A stretch of 24,711 nt of DNA, taken from an uncultured Nitratifractor sp. GTDB taxonomy: Bacteria > Campylobacterota > Campylobacteria > Campylobacterales > Sulfurovaceae. The position numbers and the translations under genes were made by a program. Location: NCBI GenBank assembly GCA_964414305.1, contig CAYPVY010000001.1:1-24711 (forward strand), written 5' to 3'. Under the pieces are notes generated by a model. That model did not search any database, was not told the origin of the DNA, and saw only the letters and a program-made list of their open reading frames with translations. Each line of letters begins with the position of its first letter. Position 1 is the first letter of the stretch. Of this stretch, positions 1 to 8,412 are shown piece by piece.

Positions 1-8
1 CAAAGATA

Positions 9-590
9 ATGATAATAAGAAAACTATTTAAATTTGAAAATGCACATATTGTAAGAGATTGTTCAACTCAAAGATGTAGCAAAAATATACATGGCCATTC
101 ATACAAAGTAGAAGTTCTACTAGAATCTAACTATTTAGATAATGGACAAATGGTATATGATTTTGGGTTGACCAAATTATATATTAAAGAATTTATAGAT
201 TCATTTGACCATGCTATAACACTTTGGAGTAAAGATGATAAAGAGTATATTAATGATATGAAAAAACACTCTCAAAGATGGATTGAACTTCCAGTAAGTC
301 CATCTGCAGAGCAATTTAGTAGAGTTTTTTTTGTAGTAATAGATAAAATATTAAAACTTAGCACTATGAATAATGGTGAAAAAGAGGTCAAATTAAATAG
401 CATCATTGTTCATGAAACGGATACTGGCTATGCACAATGTTTTACTAAAGATGCTTACTCAAAATTGATGGGAGAGATAGATATAAAATCAATAATCTTT
501 TCTAAACAGATTAAAAGTGAGTGGAGTAGAGGTGATTTTTGGGAAAATTTATTAAGAGATGATAAGCTAGTTACACCAAAAATTATTTAA
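9..590 (+). CDS. queD: 6-carboxy-5,6,7,8-tetrahydropterin synthase (QueD/PTPS family, long QueD2-like form)
   Basis: N-terminal FENAH and CSKNIHGHSY (Cx4HGH) metal/catalytic motif, PSAEQFS and VHETDT motifs of the PTPS fold; 193 aa; TAATG stop/start overlap at 7-11 with an upstream gene outside the window. Confidence 0.9.
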   Translation: MIIRKLFKFENAHIVRDCSTQRCSKNIHGHSYKVEVLLESNYLDNGQMVYDFGLTKLYIKEFIDSFDHAITLWSKDDKEYINDMKKHSQRWIELPVSPSAEQFSRVFFVVIDKILKLSTMNNGEKEVKLNSIIVHETDTGYAQCFTKDAYSKLMGEIDIKSIIFSKQIKSEWSRGDFWENLLRDDKLVTPKII

Positions 591-623
591 TTTTACTTAT
601 ATTACAAAAAATATAATAATTTA

Positions 624-632
624 TGATATAAT
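624..632 (+). promoter_or_regulatory. extended -10 promoter (TGATATAAT) for the cytochrome c gene
   Basis: TGnTATAAT match 29 nt upstream of ATG 662; SD-like AAGGGG at 651-656. Confidence 0.6.
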
Positions 633-661
633 AGCTATATAATTTTAAATAAGGGGTTTTT

Positions 662-1252
662 ATGAAAAAACTTGTTCTAATTTCGATTGCTACTGTTACA
701 GTATTAACATTTAGTGGATGTGGTAATAACTCAAATAGTGATTCTGCAAAAGATGCAGCTACTCAAACAGCTAAGAAAATGGTAGAAGCTACTAAAGAGA
801 GTGCTACAAAAGCAACTGAAGCTACAAAAGAAGCAGCAAACAATATGGCTCAAAAAGCTCATGAAGGTATGGAAAAAGCTAAAGAGAGTATGTCAAAAGC
901 AACTGAAGCTGTAAAAGAAAAAGCTAAAGATGTTGCAAATGCAGCTAAACAAACTGCAAATGAAATAGAAGAAAAAGCAAAAAATAGTGTTGCTGGTGGT
1001 GATGTTGCAAAAGGAAAAGCAATTTTTGCAAAATGTGCTAGTTGCCATGGTGCAGATGGAAAAACAAAAGCTCTTGGTAAATCTGAAATTATTGCAGGAC
1101 AACCAGCGGCTGATTTAGAGAAAAAAATTCAAGAATATAAAGCAGGAACTAGAAATGTTGCTGGTATGGGAATGCTAATGAAAGGTCAAGTTGGCTCTTT
1201 AAGTGATGAAGATATAAAAGCAGTTGCTGCTTATATTTCATCTTTAAAATAA
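662..1252 (+). CDS. lipoprotein c-type cytochrome (c553-like C-terminal domain on an Ala/Lys/Glu-rich linker)
   Basis: Signal peptide with lipobox FSGC; single heme motif CASCH; distal Met region MGMLMKGQV and LSDEDIKAVAAYI typical of class I c553. Confidence 0.9.
   Translation: MKKLVLISIATVTVLTFSGCGNNSNSDSAKDAATQTAKKMVEATKESATKATEATKEAANNMAQKAHEGMEKAKESMSKATEAVKEKAKDVANAAKQTANEIEEKAKNSVAGGDVAKGKAIFAKCASCHGADGKTKALGKSEIIAGQPAADLEKKIQEYKAGTRNVAGMGMLMKGQVGSLSDEDIKAVAAYISSLK
792..918 (+). repeat. imperfect 40-bp direct repeat (792-831 and 879-918, offset 87 nt) in the cytochrome linker
   Basis: ctaaagagagt-N4-caaaagcaactgaagct-N2-aaaaga occurs twice, 34/40 identical, encoding TKESATKATEATKE / AKESMSKATEAVKE. 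Confidence 0.8.
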
Positions 1253-1279
1253 TTTTAAGCCATAAGGCTTAAAATTATT
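1248..1279. terminator. intrinsic terminator hairpin after the cytochrome c gene (probably bidirectional)
   Basis: Perfect 14-bp inverted repeat aataattttaagcc-ATAA-ggcttaaaattatt overlapping the TAA stop; A/T tracts on both sides. Confidence 0.8.
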
Positions 1280-1401
1280 ACTTCTTCATTTTATCTATAC
1301 ATTCTTAAAACATTATATTCTATACTATTTATCAATTAGAGCAATTTAGTTATAAAATATAGTATAATTTCAGATTTATTCATAGTTCTGATTTAATATA
1401 T

Positions 1402-2304
1402 TCATTTAGAATCTTTTTCACATAAACTTATAGCTACTCCTTCTCTTAAACCATCATCTATTACAATAGATTCTTTTTTATTCAGAAGTTTATATAGATT
1501 TTTAAAAATTAAAATTCCAGCAATTATCAAATCATCTCTTCCTACACCGACTGCTAATTCTCTTTGCTCTTTTGACATTTCTAAAAGCTTATTTAGATAG
1601 ATATCTAAATCATTAATAGTAAGCTTTGTGCCATTTACTATATTTGCATTATAAGTTTTATAATTTAGATTATGTTTTAAAGCTGCAATAGTTGTAGGTG
1701 TTCCAGCTGTTGATACAAATATTAAATTTTCTAAATCAAAATCTTTTAAAAACTCTTTTATATCTTGATTATAGCTTTTTATCAAAATTTTGATCTCTTC
1801 AATACTATTTGCACTATTTGCTACTGTTACAATTCCTAATGAAAAGCTTTTGGTATATACTTTATCTTTTATATTTAAAGTTATCTCTGTTGAACCACCA
1901 CCAATATCAACCAAAATAAAATCTTTATTTATACCAAACTTTTTTAAACGCATCTTTACAGCTAGAAGTGTTAAGATAGCCTCTTCTTTTGCATCAATAA
2001 TCTCAAACTCTACACCAAACTCTTGCTTAATCTCTTCTAAAACTTCTAAAGAGTTTTTAGCAACTCTAAGAGCCTCAGTAGCAACTGCTCTAACTAAAGA
2101 GTTATCAAAATTTACAACCATCTTTGCCTCTGCTAATGCATCTTTTACTCTTTTGATAGTATCTTTTGAAATTATCTTTTTATCAACAATATCTTGTGCT
2201 GTTCTAACAATTTTTTCATACTCTGCAATCTTTTCAAGATTATTACAATCAATCTTAACAACTCTTAGAGTATTTGAGCCCAAATCAATACCAATTGTAT
2301 TCAT
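1402..2304 (-). CDS. ppx: Ppx/GppA family exopolyphosphatase / pppGpp phosphohydrolase
   Basis: GIDLGSNTLR, ATEALR, DIGGGSTE, GTPTT and GLREG motifs; ATG at 2304 forms a TGATG overlap with the ilvA stop. Confidence 0.9.
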   Translation of the reverse strand: MNTIGIDLGSNTLRVVKIDCNNLEKIAEYEKIVRTAQDIVDKKIISKDTIKRVKDALAEAKMVVNFDNSLVRAVATEALRVAKNSLEVLEEIKQEFGVEFEIIDAKEEAILTLLAVKMRLKKFGINKDFILVDIGGGSTEITLNIKDKVYTKSFSLGIVTVANSANSIEEIKILIKSYNQDIKEFLKDFDLENLIFVSTAGTPTTIAALKHNLNYKTYNANIVNGTKLTINDLDIYLNKLLEMSKEQRELAVGVGRDDLIIAGILIFKNLYKLLNKKESIVIDDGLREGVAISLCEKDSK

Positions 2305-3515
2305 CAATGCATCTCACTAAAGTTATATCCATACTCTTTTAAAATAGCTCTAATTTCATCTTGATGCTCTTTGCCTTTAGTCTCTAAAGATACGCTTACA
2401 TTTGCATCTCCAAATTCCAAATCTGTAGATGTTCTATCATATCCTATTTGAACAATATTTGCTTGTTTGTCTCTCATCAAACGCGAAAACTCTTCTAAAG
2501 CTCCTGGTTTATCTACTAGTGTTACTACAAGTTTCATCTTTCTATAAGATTTTACAAGACCTTTTTCTATAATCAAATTTAACATTGTAACATCAATATT
2601 ACCACCACTTAAAACTACACAAATATTACTATTTGGTTTTAAATCTAATTTATTATGAAGCAAGGCAGCAACCCCTACTGCTCCTGCTCCTTCAACTAAT
2701 AATTTTTGCTTTTCTAAAAGAAATAATATTGCACTTGCAATTTCATCATCACAAACCAAAGCCATATCATCAACTAATTTGGATATATAATTTAGTGTAT
2801 ATTCTGATGTATTTTTTACAGCAATACCATCTGCAATTGTTCTAACTTTTTTAGTATTGATTACTTTTCCACTCTTGTATGACTCATACATTGCAGGAGC
2901 ACCTTGAGCTGCAACTCCATATACTTTAATATTTGGATTTATCTCTTTTATAGCTGTGGCTATACCACTTATTAATCCACCTCCACCAACTGGAACAATA
3001 ATTGCATCTAAATTATCAATATCTTCTATTATCTCTAATGCAATACTACCTTGACCAGCCATAACATAATCATCTGCAAACGGATGAACAAATTCTATAT
3101 TATTATCTTTTGCATAATTTAAAGCCTCGCTATATGCCTCATCATAATTAACACCTTTTAAAACAACTTTTGCACCATAACTCTCTACCCCTTGAACTTT
3201 ATTTAAAGGTGTAGATTCTGGCATAAATATTGTAGCTTTAATACCAAAGTGTTTTGCACTAAATGCAACACCTTGTGCATGATTTCCTGCACTAGCAGCT
3301 ACTACACCTGTAGGCTTTTTCTCTTCCATCAAACTTGCTATTTTATTAAAAGCTCCTCTTAATTTAAAAGAACCTGTAATTTGTAGATTCTCTTTTTTTA
3401 AATATACATTATGATTAACTAAACCACTCAAAATTGGAGCATAAGCTATTGGAGTTTTATGAGCTACTTTACTTAACCTATCTGAAGCTTTTTGAATATT
3501 TTGTAAGCTTAACAT
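2304..3515 (-). CDS. ilvA: threonine ammonia-lyase with C-terminal ACT domain
   Basis: KKENLQITGSFKLRGA PLP-lysine motif, ASAGNHAQGVA, PVGGGGL, LSGGNID; ACT-like DKPGALEEF; SD AAGGT upstream. Confidence 0.93.
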   Translation of the reverse strand: MLSLQNIQKASDRLSKVAHKTPIAYAPILSGLVNHNVYLKKENLQITGSFKLRGAFNKIASLMEEKKPTGVVAASAGNHAQGVAFSAKHFGIKATIFMPESTPLNKVQGVESYGAKVVLKGVNYDEAYSEALNYAKDNNIEFVHPFADDYVMAGQGSIALEIIEDIDNLDAIIVPVGGGGLISGIATAIKEINPNIKVYGVAAQGAPAMYESYKSGKVINTKKVRTIADGIAVKNTSEYTLNYISKLVDDMALVCDDEIASAILFLLEKQKLLVEGAGAVGVAALLHNKLDLKPNSNICVVLSGGNIDVTMLNLIIEKGLVKSYRKMKLVVTLVDKPGALEEFSRLMRDKQANIVQIGYDRTSTDLEFGDANVSVSLETKGKEHQDEIRAILKEYGYNFSEMH

Positions 3516-3534
3516 CAATTTTACCTTTGTATTA

Positions 3535-3559
3535 TGTTAAAATTATTAAAATTATATCA
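3535..3559. promoter_or_regulatory. overlapping divergent extended -10 promoters for ilvA (-) and the CoA-binding protein (+)
   Basis: TGTTAAAAT on + at 3535-3543; TGATATAAT on - at 3559-3551. Confidence 0.55.
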
Positions 3560-3575
3560 AAATAAAGGATAAAGT

Positions 3576-4010
3576 ATGCAGTGTGAAATGCCAACAATCA
3601 ATTCAAATCCACAAGAAATAAAAGAGATATTACAAAAATATAAAAATATAGCTATAGTAGGTGCTTCTCCAAATCCAGAAAAAGATAGCAATATGGTTAC
3701 AAAATATCTAATAGATGCTGGTTATAATGTTTTTCCAATCTATCCTAAAGAAGATGAAATACTTGGTAGAAAAGTTTATAGAAGTTTAGCTGAAATAGAA
3801 GATAAAGTTGATATTGTAGTGGTTTTTAGAAAACCTCAAGCCCTAGTTCCAATAGCTCAAGCTGTAATTGATAGAGGCGATGTAGATGTATTATGGACAC
3901 AACTAGGTATTGTTAATAATGAAGCTGCAAAAATGGCTAAAGATGCTGGGATTAAAGTAGTTCAAAATTTATGTATAAAGATAGAGCATAATAGATTAAT
4001 TGCAAATTAA
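3576..4010 (+). CDS. CoA-binding protein (YccU-like)
   Basis: IAIVGASPNPEKDS, VFPIYP, EILGRKVYRSLAEI, VDIVVVFR, LWTQLGI, VVQNLCIKIEH motifs; SD AAGGA. Confidence 0.9.
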   Translation: MQCEMPTINSNPQEIKEILQKYKNIAIVGASPNPEKDSNMVTKYLIDAGYNVFPIYPKEDEILGRKVYRSLAEIEDKVDIVVVFRKPQALVPIAQAVIDRGDVDVLWTQLGIVNNEAAKMAKDAGIKVVQNLCIKIEHNRLIAN

Positions 4011-4012
4011 AT

Positions 4013-4038
4013 TATTATGAGGAATTAACCTCATAATA
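4013..4038. terminator. bidirectional intrinsic terminator between convergent genes
   Basis: 10-bp stem tattatgagg-AATTAA-cctcataata between stops at 4010 and 4039. Confidence 0.75.
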
Positions 4039-5112
4039 TTACCAATAAAGAGTTATCTTCTTTTTTCCCCACCTAAGTGCTCTTCTTTTATTAACACCCA
4101 TATAGATATCAATTCTTTTTTTGAATCTTTTATTCATTTTATCTCTTACAGTATATAGACCTGGTAAACCTTTTAGCTTTACTTTAACTCCGTTTGTCAA
4201 ACCATATTTTTTAATCAAATCGTGTGAAACTGCTATAATTTTCATACCAGGCTTTAGCTTATTATTCCAAGCTGCTAAAAATGGAGTTTTATCAGTTTGC
4301 CCACGATGTGAAGTATAAGCTGTTGCTACAACTCTAATATGCTTTTTAAATTTTGGCATATGAGCTTTTTTATATTTGATATTTTTATTTAAATCAAAAA
4401 CTTTTTTACTATTTTGTGTAAAATGTATATTTTTAAAATATAGTTTTTGTCCAATTTTGATATGACCACTTCTGCTTAATCTATTTATCTCTCTAAGCTT
4501 TGCTATAGAGATATTTTTTTGTTTCGCAATTGATATTAGTGTATCACCTTTTTTCACTACATAAAAATCTTTATTTATCTTATTATCTATTTTAATTACT
4601 TTTTTCTTTTTAGCTTTTTTAGCTATAACTTTTTGTTTGATAACTTTTTTTACTTTAGAAGTTTTAGCTATTTTTGTTACTTTCTTTACTACTATCTTCT
4701 CTTTTGTATCTGATTTTTCTACCTTAGAAATAGAAGCAATATCTATATCTTTTACTTTATATTTTTTTAGCTCTATATTATTTGATGCCTCAATAGTTTT
4801 TATTTTAGGCTTATTTATAGCTAAAATCTTTATATCAGATTTTTTATTATCAGTCTTCTTAATTTTTTGATTAAGATTTGTTTGTGATTTTGTAACTAAT
4901 TTATTTAAAAAGCTAGAAGTATCATCTTCTTGAATCTTTTTTGATTTGATACTTTGAGTTTTTGCTTGAATAAAATTTACTTCATATGGATTGCATCCAT
5001 TTTCGTCTTTTAAACCACTTTGGCAACTTGAACCAAAGCTTAAATCTGTTAAAACGCATAGTGCAGCAAAAGTAGCTACACTATGCTTAACCGAGTATGA
5101 ATTACTCTTCAT
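4039..5112 (-). CDS. exported LysM + 3D-domain peptidoglycan-binding / lytic transglycosylase-like protein
   Basis: LysM (YVVKKGDTLISIAKQKNISIAKLREINRL...IKIGQKL); 3D domain (VVATAYTS, IIAVSHD, VRDKM, RIDIYMG); N-terminal hydrophobic segment. Confidence 0.85.
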   Translation of the reverse strand: MKSNSYSVKHSVATFAALCVLTDLSFGSSCQSGLKDENGCNPYEVNFIQAKTQSIKSKKIQEDDTSSFLNKLVTKSQTNLNQKIKKTDNKKSDIKILAINKPKIKTIEASNNIELKKYKVKDIDIASISKVEKSDTKEKIVVKKVTKIAKTSKVKKVIKQKVIAKKAKKKKVIKIDNKINKDFYVVKKGDTLISIAKQKNISIAKLREINRLSRSGHIKIGQKLYFKNIHFTQNSKKVFDLNKNIKYKKAHMPKFKKHIRVVATAYTSHRGQTDKTPFLAAWNNKLKPGMKIIAVSHDLIKKYGLTNGVKVKLKGLPGLYTVRDKMNKRFKKRIDIYMGVNKRRALRWGKKKITLYW

Positions 5113-5130
5113 TTTGTAATCTCCTTTTTG

Positions 5131-6597
5131 TTAAAGAAATTTTAACATTTGCGGCATAATATCACTTTTTTTGACAATTTGCAAATGCACTATATCCTTT
5201 TCAAAGAGATTACTTATATTTTCCACAATTTTAACATTAAATTGCCCTGAAATAAATTCAAGAGCTTCTTTATCAGAATTTGTATTATAGTTAGCAATTT
5301 TGGCTATATTTTTACTAAACTTTGTCCACTCAGCTGTAGAGTATGCTACAAAAGGTAACATATCATTATTTTTTTCATAAAAACTTTTAACTGCTGTTGC
5401 AGTATGTGGATCCATAATATAACCCTTAGATAAATATTTAGAAATTATCTCCTCTGCCTCTTCATCACTACAAGTAGTAGCCATAAAATCGTTTTGAATA
5501 GCCTCTAACTCTTTACTATCTAACTCATAATATCCTTTATTATTTAGGCTATCCATAAGCTCTTTAGTCCTATCTGCACCAAACTTATCATATAGCACTC
5601 TTTCTACATTAGAACTCTTTAGAATATCCATAGCAGGGGAGTTTGTCTGTATTAGCTCTCTATTTCTTAAGTCATATTTGCCACTATTAATAAATTCTGA
5701 TAAAATGTCGTTCCTATTTGTAGAGATAACAATTTTATCTATTGGAACCCCAGCTTTTTTAACATAGTAAGCTCCCAAAGCATTTCCAAAATTACCGCTT
5801 GGAACTATTAAATTAATCTTATCTCCTAATTTAATCTTTCCTAATCTAACTAATTCTAAATAACTATGAATATGATAAATCGTTTGAAATATAATTCTTC
5901 CAAAATTAACTGAATTTGCAGCAGATAATTTTATATCTCTCTCTTCTAATGCTTTTTTAAACTCTTTAGATTGTAAAAGAGATTTTAGAGCATCTTGAGT
6001 ATCATCAAAATTACCTTCAACACCTATTACTTTAATATTTGGGGCATCTTCTGTAACCATCTGCAATCTTTGAACATCACTTGTGCCACCTGCTGGATAT
6101 AAACAACAAACCTTTATATTATCTTTATTTTTAAAAGTCTCTAATGTTGCTGGACCAGTATCTCCACTTGTAGCAGCCATTATAAGATAGTTTTCACCTC
6201 TTTGTTTTGCCAAAGATGACAATATCACACCAAATGGTTGAAGAGCCATATCTTTAAATGCTCTTGTTGGACCATGATAAAGCTCACTTACAAATAGATT
6301 CTCTTCTAATTTTACTATTGGAACTGGATTTTTAGGGTCATCAAATTTATCATATTGATTTAGAGCTTCATCTATCAAGCTCTCTTCTATATCTATATTA
6401 AATGCTTTTAATACATCTTTAGCTAACTCTTTATATGATGAATCAATATGATTATTAAGAAATTCTAAATCAAAACTTGGCAAACTTTTTGGAACATATA
6501 AACCACCATAACTAGCACTTGGATTTAATATAGCTTCACTAAAACTCACCTCTTTTGGTTTAATACCATCATTTCCTCTTGTCTCTATAAACTTCAC
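5131..6597 (-). CDS. thrC: threonine synthase
   Basis: ELYHGPTRAFKDMAL PLP motif, ATSGDTG, SANSVNFGRI, VPSGNFGN, DPHTA; GTG start with SD AAGGA. Confidence 0.95.
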   Translation of the reverse strand: MKFIETRGNDGIKPKEVSFSEAILNPSASYGGLYVPKSLPSFDLEFLNNHIDSSYKELAKDVLKAFNIDIEESLIDEALNQYDKFDDPKNPVPIVKLEENLFVSELYHGPTRAFKDMALQPFGVILSSLAKQRGENYLIMAATSGDTGPATLETFKNKDNIKVCCLYPAGGTSDVQRLQMVTEDAPNIKVIGVEGNFDDTQDALKSLLQSKEFKKALEERDIKLSAANSVNFGRIIFQTIYHIHSYLELVRLGKIKLGDKINLIVPSGNFGNALGAYYVKKAGVPIDKIVISTNRNDILSEFINSGKYDLRNRELIQTNSPAMDILKSSNVERVLYDKFGADRTKELMDSLNNKGYYELDSKELEAIQNDFMATTCSDEEAEEIISKYLSKGYIMDPHTATAVKSFYEKNNDMLPFVAYSTAEWTKFSKNIAKIANYNTNSDKEALEFISGQFNVKIVENISNLFEKDIVHLQIVKKSDIMPQMLKFL

Positions 6598-6656
6598 AAA
6601 ACATCCTTAAAAAAAATTTTTGAAATTATATCTAAAAATTAAATATTGAGTATTAA

Positions 6657-7508
6657 TTATAACTCAATGCAAGTGCCTATACCACTACTTGTTAATATCT
6701 CTAAAAGCAAAGAGTGCTCTAACCTACCATCTATTATATGGGCTTTTTTAACTCCGCCTTTAAGAGCTTCAATACAAGCATCAACTTTAGGCACCATACC
6801 TCCACTTATTGTTCCATCCTCTTTAAGCTTATTAGTCTTAGCAATATTTAATACATTAATTAACTTTCCATCTTTGTCTAAAACACCTGGTGTATCAGTA
6901 AGGAATAAAACTTTTCTTGCATTGAGTGCTACTGCAATTTTACTAGCTGCTAAATCTGCATTTATATTAAATCCTGGATGCTCTATACTACAACCACTAG
7001 CAATAGGTGCAATTACTGGGACAAAATTGTCATCTAAGATATTATAAACAATTTGAGGGTCTATATCTTCAATAATACCTGTATATCCAAACTTTTCTTT
7101 ATCTTTATGAATAGCAGTAATAAAGTTTCCATCCTTACCAGATATACCTATTGCTTTTGCACCATGAAGATTGAGCAAAGATACAATACTTTTATTAACT
7201 TCTCCACTTAAAACCATCTCAACAATACGCATACTCTCTTTTGTTGTAACTCTTTGACCATCTATAAATTTGGTATCAATATTTAAATCATTAAGCAAAT
7301 TAGTAATACTCTTTCCCCCGCCATGCACAATCACTGGTTTCATACCTACTATTTTTAATAATGCAATATCTTGTGCAAATTTTGCTTTTAAATCTTCACT
7401 TGTTTGTGCAGAACCTCCATATTTTATAACTATAATATCATCTCTAAATTTATTTATATAAGGTAATGCATCTAGCAAAGTCTTTACAGTTTCTAATTTA
7501 TCTTTCAT
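6657..7508 (-). CDS. argB: acetylglutamate kinase
   Basis: VIKYGGSA, VHGGGK, GQRVT, NINAD, TDTPGVLD, GGMVPKV, HIIDGR motifs. Confidence 0.95.
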   Translation of the reverse strand: MKDKLETVKTLLDALPYINKFRDDIIVIKYGGSAQTSEDLKAKFAQDIALLKIVGMKPVIVHGGGKSITNLLNDLNIDTKFIDGQRVTTKESMRIVEMVLSGEVNKSIVSLLNLHGAKAIGISGKDGNFITAIHKDKEKFGYTGIIEDIDPQIVYNILDDNFVPVIAPIASGCSIEHPGFNINADLAASKIAVALNARKVLFLTDTPGVLDKDGKLINVLNIAKTNKLKEDGTISGGMVPKVDACIEALKGGVKKAHIIDGRLEHSLLLEILTSSGIGTCIEL

Positions 7509-8412
7509 AATACTCCTCTATCTTTTTGATTATCTCTTTATTAATAGATATTTCTAAATCCATTATTGATATATCAAAATTAAAATTTTCTAATTTTACC
7601 ATATCTTTTTTTGTTACAAGAATTGAAGTAGCATTAAATTGTCTCATTTGTTTTATAATCTTATCTTTATCAAAAAAAGAGTGGTCTTTTAAAATAAATT
7701 TACCTACAATCTCTTTTGGAAGGAAAGGCTCTAATCTATTTGGATTTGCTATTGCAGTTACTAAAAGCATTCTTGAAGTTGGATTTATTATCTTAACTTC
7801 TCTTTTAAAATCTCTATCTTCTTTTAAAATAATATCAGCCCTACTCTTTGCAAACCAAAATTCCCTAAAAGGACCTGAAGGTAGAGTCAGTTTATTTGGT
7901 AATTTATTAGGTTCTAGTAATATATCTAACTTTTTAATAGAAACTTTACTAAATGCATCATCTAAAACTATTAAATCAACTCCTCTTTTTTTAGCCTCAT
8001 TAATAGCATATTCTCTATCTTCACTAACTATTACATCACACTTTGTCTCTTTGGCCACAAGCATAGCCTCATCACCACTTGATTTAGTATCTACTAATAT
8101 ATTGCCATCTTTTTTTACCCATACTAACCCCTTTGAATCTCTTCCATACCCTCTTGATATATAACAAATCTTTAGATTTTTATTTTTGATAAAATATTTT
8201 ATTATCTCAATAGCTATTGGAGTCTTACCACTACCACCTACTACTAAATTGCCAATACTAATAATCTTGACTCTAAAATCTTTAGGATTTGAAATGAGAT
8301 ATTTTATAAAACCAATTAAACCATATATAATAGAAAGAGGGAGTAAAATTAAAGCTACTATATAATGATACCATTTTGGATTATAATATAAATTTTCAAA
8401 AAACCTAATCAT
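7498..8412 (-). CDS. lpxK: tetraacyldisaccharide 4'-kinase
   Basis: ISIGNLVVGGSGKTP P-loop, SRGYG, GDEAML, LDDAF, LPSGPFRE, TAIANP, DHSFF, VTKKDMVK. Confidence 0.93.
   Translation of the reverse strand: MIRFFENLYYNPKWYHYIVALILLPLSIIYGLIGFIKYLISNPKDFRVKIISIGNLVVGGSGKTPIAIEIIKYFIKNKNLKICYISRGYGRDSKGLVWVKKDGNILVDTKSSGDEAMLVAKETKCDVIVSEDREYAINEAKKRGVDLIVLDDAFSKVSIKKLDILLEPNKLPNKLTLPSGPFREFWFAKSRADIILKEDRDFKREVKIINPTSRMLLVTAIANPNRLEPFLPKEIVGKFILKDHSFFDKDKIIKQMRQFNATSILVTKKDMVKLENFNFDISIMDLEISINKEIIKKIEEYYER

Noticed and set aside
5-23. GATAATGATAAT at the queD start resembles the first 12 bp of a Fur box
   Set aside because: The second half does not match (14/19 overall), and the sequence is explained by the TAATG junction plus Met-Ile-Ile codons; upstream context is missing.
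7566-7577. TTGAT-AT-ATCAA inside lpxK
   Set aside because: The spacer is 2 nt instead of 4 and it lies within coding sequence, so it is not an Fnr-type site.
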